In this document: piece after piece, positions 41,337 to 47,603 of the stretch
How the letters are laid out: every line of letters starts with the position of its first letter
How positions within the stretch are numbered: the first letter of the stretch is position 1
Assembly: GCA_934754355.1 (NCBI GenBank)
Contig: CAKVID010000001.1
Span: 82,269-146,268 of the forward strand
Direction of reading: 5' to 3'
DNA from: an uncultured Clostridia bacterium
Lineage (GTDB): Bacteria; Bacillota; Clostridia; Christensenellales; UBA1242
DNA length: 64,000 bases
The notes under the pieces: model-generated
Databases searched by the model: none
What the model was told of the DNA's origin: nothing
The model's input: only the letters and a program-made list of their open reading frames with translations
Position numbers and translations under genes: made by a program

Positions 41337-41477
41337 ATGGCTTGTAGAAAGTGCAATAGTACTACTACTAAGAAAGCAGGTACAAAAAGAACTGCTAAGA
41401 AAGTAGAATGCGGTACTGATAATGCAAAGTCTAGAACAACATCTAAAAAAACTTCTAGAGTAAAAAACTGTAACTAA
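41337..41477 (+). CDS. Small basic Cys-containing protein (46 aa), unannotated
   Basis: MACRKCNSTTTKKAGTKRTAKKVECGTDNAKSRTTSKKTSRVKNCN. A strong SD GGAGGTG lies 5 nt upstream, and a long-stem terminator follows (41495-41565). Below the track length cutoff. Confidence 0.55.
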   Translation: MACRKCNSTTTKKAGTKRTAKKVECGTDNAKSRTTSKKTSRVKNCN

Positions 41478-41494
41478 TTGTAGGCTATAGTTTT

Positions 41495-41565
41495 CACTTC
41501 AAATATACTAAGCAATTGATACTTTTTCGCATGTATTTGTTTAATATATTTGGAGTGTTTTTTTC
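41495..41565 (+). terminator. Long-stem terminator after the small basic ORF
   Basis: Stem cacttcaaatata / tatatttggagtg with a 37-nt loop, followed by T7. Confidence 0.5.
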
Positions 41566-41635
41566 TTTTTGGTAAATATATAGTAATAAGGGAATTTATA
41601 AAGATAAATTTTTTTGAAAAAGTTATGAAAAAGTG

Positions 41636-41664
41636 TTGCATTTTTTTTTAATCTTTGGTATATT
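41636..41664 (+). promoter_or_regulatory. Sigma-A promoter for the tRNA-Val/tRNA-Gly pair
   Basis: TTGCAT, 17 nt spacer, TATATT, about 28 nt upstream of tRNA-Val. Confidence 0.55.
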
Positions 41665-41692
41665 AATAGAGTACTTGATACAAGGACAGTGT

Positions 41693-41768
41693 GGGAGTTT
41701 AGCTCAGCTGGGAGAGCATCTGCCTTACAAGCAGGAGGTCATAGGTTCGAGCCCTATAACTCCCACCA
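41693..41768 (+). tRNA. tRNA-Val (anticodon TAC), CCA encoded
   Basis: 76 nt. Acceptor gggagtt/aactccc, anticodon loop cTTACAa, T-arm ggttcgagcc. Confidence 0.93.
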
Positions 41769-41785
41769 TTTTATTTTAATATTTT

Positions 41786-41860
41786 GCGGGAGTGGCTCAG
41801 TGGTAGAGCGTCGCCTTGCCAAGGCGAATGTCGCGAGTTCGAATCTCGTCTTCCGCTCCA
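41786..41860 (+). tRNA. tRNA-Gly (anticodon GCC), CCA encoded
   Basis: 75 nt. Acceptor gcgggag/cttccgc, anticodon loop tTGCCAa, T-arm gagttcgaatctc. Confidence 0.93.
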
Positions 41861-41864
41861 ATAT

Positions 41865-41893
41865 AAAAAGCACCCATCAGGGTGTTTTTTTTG
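41865..41893 (+). terminator. Terminator after the tRNA pair
   Basis: Stem gcaccc / gggtgt followed by T8. Confidence 0.75.
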
Positions 41894-41913
41894 ATTTTAA
41901 CTATGTGAGATTT

Positions 41914-42468
41914 TCAATAATCAGTTCTTAATTCGTAGATGATTATATTTTCTTGGTTAATTCCAATTGGTATATCAAAATATGCAAATTCAACAATGGT
42001 ATTTTGAAGTTTGTTTTCTACTATATACTTATATACTTCTACAAAATAAGGTATTTGGTCGAGTGTTTTATCATCAAATATATTTGTCGTAAAGTTGAAG
42101 TCGGGGTTTCTAATTGCGTCTCTTACTGAATAGGCACTATTTGTTGAGAGTATTGCATTAACGCTTGTGCCAGAAATAGATATTTCTCCAACTAATAACT
42201 GATTTTTTATATAATTGTAAGAACTAACATTGATTGAAAATAGGTTATATCCAGCCACTTCTTTTATTACATTCTGTGGTTCTACTTTTAACTTAAATAC
42301 ACCGCCAGCCTTTGATTTATCTCTAATTGCATAATAATTTGCAGGATAGGCATTGATAAAATCTTGGACTTCATTTATTTGTGAAGATTTAAAAATCTTT
42401 TCGGGAAAGCGGTTTAATTTTAACTCAATAATTTTATTATAACTCTCTAACTTGTTTTTAATTTTCAT
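41914..42468 (-). CDS. Hypothetical protein (184 aa), translationally coupled to xth
   Basis: Its ATG lies 2 nt after the xth stop codon. No family recognised. Confidence 0.5.
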   Translation of the reverse strand: MKIKNKLESYNKIIELKLNRFPEKIFKSSQINEVQDFINAYPANYYAIRDKSKAGGVFKLKVEPQNVIKEVAGYNLFSINVSSYNYIKNQLLVGEISISGTSVNAILSTNSAYSVRDAIRNPDFNFTTNIFDDKTLDQIPYFVEVYKYIVENKLQNTIVEFAYFDIPIGINQENIIIYELRTDY

Positions 42469-42470
42469 GA

Positions 42471-43268
42471 TTAATCCTTTATCCTTAATTCAACCGGTAG
42501 GTGGTCGCTATAGGGTAAATCAAGAATGTTGCATTCTTCTATTTGGTTATTTAGGTTATCTGACACTAAAATGTAATCTATTCTATATTTCCAACTATTG
42601 TAACTATCATCGTATCTTGAACGATAACTTCTCCAAGAGTATTCAGCTTTTTGAGGATTGATAAATCTATAACAATCAGTAAATCCAAAAGATAGCAGGT
42701 CGCTGAAAGCAGTGCGTTCTATTGGTAAGAAAACGGATTTATTCTTGCATTCCTTTGGGTGAGTTAAATCAATTTCGTTGTGAGCGATATTGAAGTCTCC
42801 CACACAAATTACATTATAGGTACTTTTTAGTTTGTTTAGATATTTAGTTAAGGCAGACAAGTATTGCATTTTGAAATCAAGTCTACTATTGCCATTTGGT
42901 ATATATGCGTTAACTATGGCAGTATTTCCAAAAATTGCCGTTGTAGTTCTACCCTCATAATCACTCCAAAATTCTTGCATGTCCAATATTATTTTATCTG
43001 GCTTAACTTTGCTTAGAATTAAAGTTCCTGCATAACCAGCCTTTAATCCGCAATTATAAGTAGCATAGTAGTTAGACAAATCTGCTTGTGAGTTATTGAA
43101 TAATGACACTTGTTCTTTTGTATCAAATATCAATTCTTTAGTTAAATTTTCATTACATCTAACTTCTTGAATACAATAAACATCGGCATTATGTTCTTTT
43201 ATCCAGTCAAGCAAGCCTAGTTTTATGCTTGCTCGTATTCCATTTACATTATAAGTTAATATTTTCAT
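42471..43268 (-). CDS. xth: Exodeoxyribonuclease III (AP endonuclease, ExoA/Xth)
   Basis: MKILTYNVNGIRA..., QEVR, GDFNIAHNEIDL and SDHLPV. Confidence 0.9.
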   Translation of the reverse strand: MKILTYNVNGIRASIKLGLLDWIKEHNADVYCIQEVRCNENLTKELIFDTKEQVSLFNNSQADLSNYYATYNCGLKAGYAGTLILSKVKPDKIILDMQEFWSDYEGRTTTAIFGNTAIVNAYIPNGNSRLDFKMQYLSALTKYLNKLKSTYNVICVGDFNIAHNEIDLTHPKECKNKSVFLPIERTAFSDLLSFGFTDCYRFINPQKAEYSWRSYRSRYDDSYNSWKYRIDYILVSDNLNNQIEECNILDLPYSDHLPVELRIKD

Positions 43269-43463
43269 ATAAATCATTATATCATATTTTGGTTATTATT
43301 ACAATTAATTGGTAAATTTATAAGTTTTTTCTAGTTGATTTATAAACTCCGACATTGTTGTCGGTCATGTAAAGTTTTAATGAGATAGGGGATATGTAAA
43401 GTTTTAAAAATTTCTAACAATAATAAAGATTACTCAAATAAAGATTGGCCCAATATTTTGCTA

Positions 43464-43498
43464 GTAAAAAAGAACAAGTAAAATTATCCTTGTTCTTT
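43464..43498 (-). terminator. Terminator of the PAP2 gene
   Basis: Stem aagaacaag / cttgttctt with the T-run on the minus strand. Confidence 0.65.
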
Positions 43499-43580
43499 AA
43501 ATTTTTTAAAATATGAATTGTGTAGAATTCATAAATTCATAGTAATAAGACATTTTATTCAATTAAATTTATAATTTTAA

Positions 43581-44366
43581 TTATTTAGTTTCTGGGTCGG
43601 CAATCTTTTTCTTTTTGTTATTTGCTTTATCACTAGATTTTGTAGTTTTTTCTTTTTCTACTTTCTTTTCTACTACTATTTCATTATTGTCGGTTTGTGT
43701 CATAGTGCTTGTTTGTTGTTTTTTATTTAAAAATTCTAATGTTAAGCAGTATCCAAGTACCAAAGTAGTGGATATTAAAATTGCACCAATTATATCTGTA
43801 ATCCAGTGAACGCCAGACGCTATTCTACCAATAATTGTAATTGCACCTAAGCAAAGAATTAAAGTGCTAACGATTGTTCTAATGTCTTTATTTTTAATTA
43901 ATTTATGATTAATTATTGCAGTGGATACACATATAAATACTGCAAGCATTGTGTGAGAAGATGGGTAAGAGGCTTCTAATTTACCATCAATTAATATTGG
44001 TCTGTAATTTACCTTTACAACTTCAAAGAATAGATATATTAATGCAAGTCCCACGCAAAATATACTAAATATAATTAGATTAGTGTCAATTTCTTTGAAA
44101 GACTTTCTTTTGCTCCATTGTACAATAGCAAGGATAATATATGCTAGTGCTATCAAAATAATTAAAATGCCTGTATATTTTGTAATTGTGTAGAAAGTTC
44201 CATTTTCTCCAATGAGTTCCATAAAAGAATTATTAAGTAATGCAAATCCCACCGAACTAGAATTAGGGCCAATGGCTTGTTTATCTACAAAAGCGACAAG
44301 AATAGTATAAAGTAATGTAAAAGCACCAATACATATGGTGGATATTAATAAGTTTTTCTTTTTCAT
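43581..44366 (-). CDS. PAP2 superfamily membrane phosphatase
   Basis: 261 aa and multi-pass, with PAP2 motifs SYPSSHT and GRIASGVHWITD. The C-terminal tail is Lys-rich. Confidence 0.8.
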   Translation of the reverse strand: MKKKNLLISTICIGAFTLLYTILVAFVDKQAIGPNSSSVGFALLNNSFMELIGENGTFYTITKYTGILIILIALAYIILAIVQWSKRKSFKEIDTNLIIFSIFCVGLALIYLFFEVVKVNYRPILIDGKLEASYPSSHTMLAVFICVSTAIINHKLIKNKDIRTIVSTLILCLGAITIIGRIASGVHWITDIIGAILISTTLVLGYCLTLEFLNKKQQTSTMTQTDNNEIVVEKKVEKEKTTKSSDKANNKKKKIADPETK

Positions 44367-44651
44367 GTTAATCTCCTAAATACACTAGTAATTGTATATA
44401 TATTGTAATATTTTGTCAAACAATTAAGAATTAAAAGATGAAACCTAAGCGATTAAATTTAATATGTTTAATTATGAAAATATAATCAAATAAAAAACTT
44501 TATAAATTAAGTTTATAAAAATACTTGCAATTGTTAATAATTTTAGGTATAATACATTTGTCATTGATAAATTTTAGATTTTTTAGTTTAATCTAATAAT
44601 GACATATTTAAGCAATTCAATATTATATTAATTTGCTTAGACTAAATTATT

Positions 44652-44672
44652 TATGGAGAGTTGGCTGAGCGG
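44652..44672 (+). repeat. 21-nt direct duplicate of the tRNA-Ser 5' end (leader plus acceptor/D-arm)
   Basis: tatggagagttggctgagcgg is identical to 44770-44790. It is not followed by the rest of a tRNA. Confidence 0.85.
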
Positions 44673-44735
44673 AGGTAATGTCCGGTGGACATTAGCCAAT
44701 GACGGGCAAATCCTGAAGGGCTATGGACGAAACTT

Positions 44736-44749
44736 GCTTTCGACCGCTC
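44736..44749 (+). repeat. 14-nt inverted copy of the tRNA-Ser D-arm
   Basis: gctttcgaccgctc is the exact reverse complement of gagcggtcgaaagc at 44785-44798. Confidence 0.85.
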
Positions 44750-44772
44750 TTCGAAAAAAAACTGAATAATAT

Positions 44773-44860
44773 GGAGAGTTGGCTGAGCGGTCGAAAGCGG
44801 CGGTCTTGAAAACCGTTGAAGTGAGAGCTTCCTGGGGTTCGAATCCCTAACTCTCCGCCA
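44773..44860 (+). tRNA. tRNA-Ser (anticodon TGA), class II with long variable arm, CCA encoded
   Basis: 88 nt. Acceptor ggagagt/actctcc, anticodon loop cTTGAAa, T-arm ggggttcgaatccct. Confidence 0.92.
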
Positions 44861-44863
44861 TAT

Positions 44864-44891
44864 AAAAAGTACCAAATATGGTGCTTTTTTC
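44864..44891 (+). terminator. Terminator after tRNA-Ser
   Basis: Stem agtacca / tggtgct followed by T6. Confidence 0.65.
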
Positions 44892-44979
44892 TTATTTTTC
44901 TAGGATTTCGCCCCATATATTGTGGTTTTGAAATATTGTTTAGACTGCATTTTTCGACCGAAATACCAGCCAAAATCGT

Positions 44980-45028
44980 GTTAGAATTTTGTTAGAATTT
45001 TCCATTTTTGTTAGAACTCGTAGAAAAT
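44980..45028 (+). repeat. Short tandem repeats (gttagaatttt x2, gttagaa, gtagaaaa)
   Basis: Read directly, about 120 nt downstream of tRNA-Ser. A similar tandem (gagtagaattt x2) lies at 46121-46142, about 100 nt after the tRNA fragment. Confidence 0.6.
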
Positions 45029-45439
45029 TGTCGAATTTACATCTGGGTTTGATGGTATTAAATCTGCTTTAATAGCGGTTTGTGAATATAAAAACAGCCT
45101 TTATCTCTTGTTTTCATTACTTTTCAATTCGTAGATTTATATTAAGCCTCTTACTTCTAATTAAATCAACCTTTATTTAGTCTCCAATTCTTGGTTAAGT
45201 AATGTTTTCATTGCATAATTGTGCATGGTTTTGCCTAACCATTTAACTATTAAATTGATTGAGTAAAAATACATTTTTGAAAAAAGCACAATTTATATTA
45301 TATCTTAAAATCTTCTTACTTGTATCTAAATATTAATCATTCGCAAAATTTCTAGCAACAATCTAAATTTTGAGCAATTATATAAACAATTTGTTGTTCT
45401 TTTGTATTTAAAAATCAAATTTATAAGTGCAAAATAAAA

Positions 45440-45467
45440 AATCTTATGGTATAATTATCATAAGATT
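45440..45467 (+). promoter_or_regulatory. Extended -10 promoter embedded in a perfect 9-10-9 inverted repeat (candidate operator) upstream of dfx
   Basis: AATCTTATG-gtataattat-CATAAGATT, with TGgTATAAT at 45447-45455. Confidence 0.55.
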
Positions 45468-45526
45468 GCAAGAAACTCGTGTTTTACTCCACTTGGCAAT
45501 CAAAAAAACAAAAGGAGAAATAAAAA

Positions 45527-45901
45527 ATGGAACAAAATTTTTATTATTGTAAACACTGCGGAAATATTGTGGTAAAGGTTAACGATAGCGGAGCACCACT
45601 AATATGTTGTGGCAAGAAGATGGAAGTGCTTAAACCAAACATCAATGACGGAGCAAAAGAAAAGCATGTTCCTGTTTATTCTGTAAGATGTGGCAAGGTT
45701 ACTGTAAATATTGGTACAATTCCACATCCAATGACGCCAGAACATTATATTGAATGGGTTAAACTCCAAACAAACAAAGGAAATCAGTTTAAAAGATTAT
45801 CTTTCAACACTGAGCCAATTGTTACATTCAATATAAATAAAGATGAAAAAATTGAAGCAGTTTTAGCATATTGTAATTTACATGGTTTATGGGAGGGATA
45901 A
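45527..45901 (+). CDS. dfx: Desulfoferrodoxin (2Fe superoxide reductase)
   Basis: 124 aa with an N-terminal desulforedoxin motif CKHCGN...CCG. SOR centre II ligand-like residues are present (EKHVP, HPMTPEHYIEW, CNLHGLW). RBS AAAGGAGA. Confidence 0.88.
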   Translation: MEQNFYYCKHCGNIVVKVNDSGAPLICCGKKMEVLKPNINDGAKEKHVPVYSVRCGKVTVNIGTIPHPMTPEHYIEWVKLQTNKGNQFKRLSFNTEPIVTFNINKDEKIEAVLAYCNLHGLWEG

Positions 45902-45967
45902 TGGAATGGTTGGTTTATAACCTAGTATTATAATAAAAAGTCAACAATATAACTTGTGCGTAAAAAA

Positions 45968-46023
45968 CTTGAAAACCGTTGAAGTGAGAGCTTCCTGGGG
46001 TTTGAATCCCTAACCCTCCGCCA
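45968..46023 (+). repeat. 56-nt direct repeat of the tRNA-Ser 3' part (anticodon loop to CCA); att-like scar
   Basis: Matches 44805-44860 with 2 mismatches (ttcgaatcc>tttgaatcc; ctaactctcc>ctaaccctcc). It begins exactly at the anticodon loop cttgaaaa. Confidence 0.9.
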
Positions 46024-46120
46024 CAACACAATATATAGTGCTTTCATTGAGGGGATTGAACACTATATATAGATTGAAATAGGTCAAAAAGGGCCTATTT
46101 TTTATTTTGCGATTATTTGT

Positions 46121-46142
46121 GAGTAGAATTTGAGTAGAATTT
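46121..46142 (+). repeat. Tandem gagtagaattt x2
   Basis: Read directly. Its position relative to the tRNA fragment parallels the tandem at 44980-45028. Confidence 0.55.
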
Positions 46143-46755
46143 AGGAGATGTTATATCGTTCAATTAATGTTTAAATTTTTAGTTAATATTAAAGCAGAAT
46201 ATTTGGAACAAACGAAAGAGATAACTGCTGACTCATACGGAAGTTTCACTTTGAATATTGACGACCACTTTCAATTGATACTAGTGTGAAAATTTATATT
46301 AATGCATAATTCTTTATTGTGTATACAACTATGCTTGTAAATGGTTCGGCAACATTATACTCTATCTTCGGGAGAGAATAATTTAGATAATGTATTAGTT
46401 TATAAAAAAGATAGGGTAGATCATATACTATCCAAAACACCAATTCTGGTGTATACGGACAAAAGAAATAAAAACTTACAAGCTACCAATATTACTTGGC
46501 AAAATATTGGAGAGTTTTGCTAAAATTGCAAGACCAGCATAATTATTCTCCAGGAGACTACCAAACAGAACTTCTATGGCAAGTAAGTACTGAATTGATA
46601 TCAAAATATTAATACTATAATTAATTTTAAATTATTTACTAGTATTGACTTTTGTGATACAATAAATCTGACAAATTATTACAAGCAAAGTTATATGCGT
46701 TGTAAATATTTTTGATTGCATATAAATAATATATATTATTTTAATGGAGGAAGTT

Positions 46756-47262
46756 ATGAAATTAACATGGTGTGAAGATGAAGTTCCAGCAGGGATTGAA
46801 GTTCATCAAGTATATGCTGTTGCATTTAATAGAGATGGTAAAATTATTTTGAAAGCGGAAACTAAGAAAAGTGGCAAAATAGTTTATTCTTTGGCGGGTG
46901 GAACTCCTGAAGATTATGATGTAGATAGAATTGCTACCCTTAGAAGAGAATATATAGAAGAAATAAATACGACACTTTTAGACCCAATTATTTATTTGGG
47001 ATATCAATTAGTTGATGAAGAAAATGGAATTCCTCCATATGCGCAGATTAGAATGACTGCTATGATAGACGAAATAGGAGAAAAGAAGCCTGACCCAGAT
47101 AATGGAGAAACTTATGATAGAATTTTGGCAAATCCAGATGTTGCAATTAATTGTTTGAGTTGGGGAGATATTGGAGAGAAAATTATTAAAAAAGCAACCG
47201 AAATTGCTAAAGTTAAATTTAACTTAACACAAAGCACAGATGATAGTATAGAAGAGATTTAA
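46756..47262 (+). CDS. Nudix-like hydrolase
   Basis: About 168 aa with an approximate Nudix box (GGTPEDYDVDRIATLRREYIEEINT). Start set at ATG 46756, 5 nt after GGAGG, which lies inside the longer track ORF. Confidence 0.6.
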   Translation: MKLTWCEDEVPAGIEVHQVYAVAFNRDGKIILKAETKKSGKIVYSLAGGTPEDYDVDRIATLRREYIEEINTTLLDPIIYLGYQLVDEENGIPPYAQIRMTAMIDEIGEKKPDPDNGETYDRILANPDVAINCLSWGDIGEKIIKKATEIAKVKFNLTQSTDDSIEEI

Positions 47263-47478
47263 TTATTTTTAAGAAAAATGGGAAATTAAAAAATTATTTT
47301 GTTAGAAATGCTCAATCATTTGGAAGTATAAAGAAAAGGTTGTTATATTCCAAAAAATCAGATATGAAAAAATTCGGCAAATAAATTTAAATATTAATTT
47401 GCTTCTTTTTATTTAAATTATATATTTATTAATTAAGTACAAAATAATTATAGTTCTTCAATAATTTTGTAAAAAACA

Positions 47479-47507
47479 TTTACAAAACTTAATTATTTAA
47501 GTATAAT
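47479..47507 (+). promoter_or_regulatory. Sigma-A promoter upstream of the Rho-like gene
   Basis: TTTACA, 17 nt spacer, TATAAT. Confidence 0.55.
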
Positions 47508-47603
47508 GTACTTGTAATGTTGAATTTTGGTTTATTTTGTCGAAAAATATTTTTGACAATTTGTCCAAAATCATGAAACTATCGAAGAAGTAAAGGATTT
47601 TTT

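Noticed and set aside
41689-41931. 80-aa ORF overlapping tRNA-Val/Gly. The same issue applies to ORFs at 44651-44973 (over tRNA-Ser) and 49543-49816 (over tRNA-Leu/Cys).
   Set aside because: They are translations of tRNA genes and terminators. The tRNA cloverleaf assignments explain the sequence.
43367-43407. 14-nt direct repeat atgtaaagttttaa x2 (27-nt period), plus hairpin ccgaca-ttgt-tgtcgg (43350-43365), upstream of xth.
   Set aside because: These are real in the sequence, but the repeats are short and AT-rich with no clear relation to a promoter (poor -35/-10 spacing). I could not support a function.
44655-44755. Considered calling a second tRNA (Ser/Leu/Sec-like) or a tRNA pseudogene, because it starts with the same 18 nt as tRNA-Ser.
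   Set aside because: No anticodon stem-loop, T-arm (GTTCGAATC) or 3' acceptor strand can be drawn. I report it as a repeat/scar finding instead.
44952-44960. A third, 9-nt inverted match to the tRNA-Ser D-loop (tttcgaccg), downstream of the tRNA.
   Set aside because: A 9-mer match in a 64-kb window on two strands is close to chance expectation.
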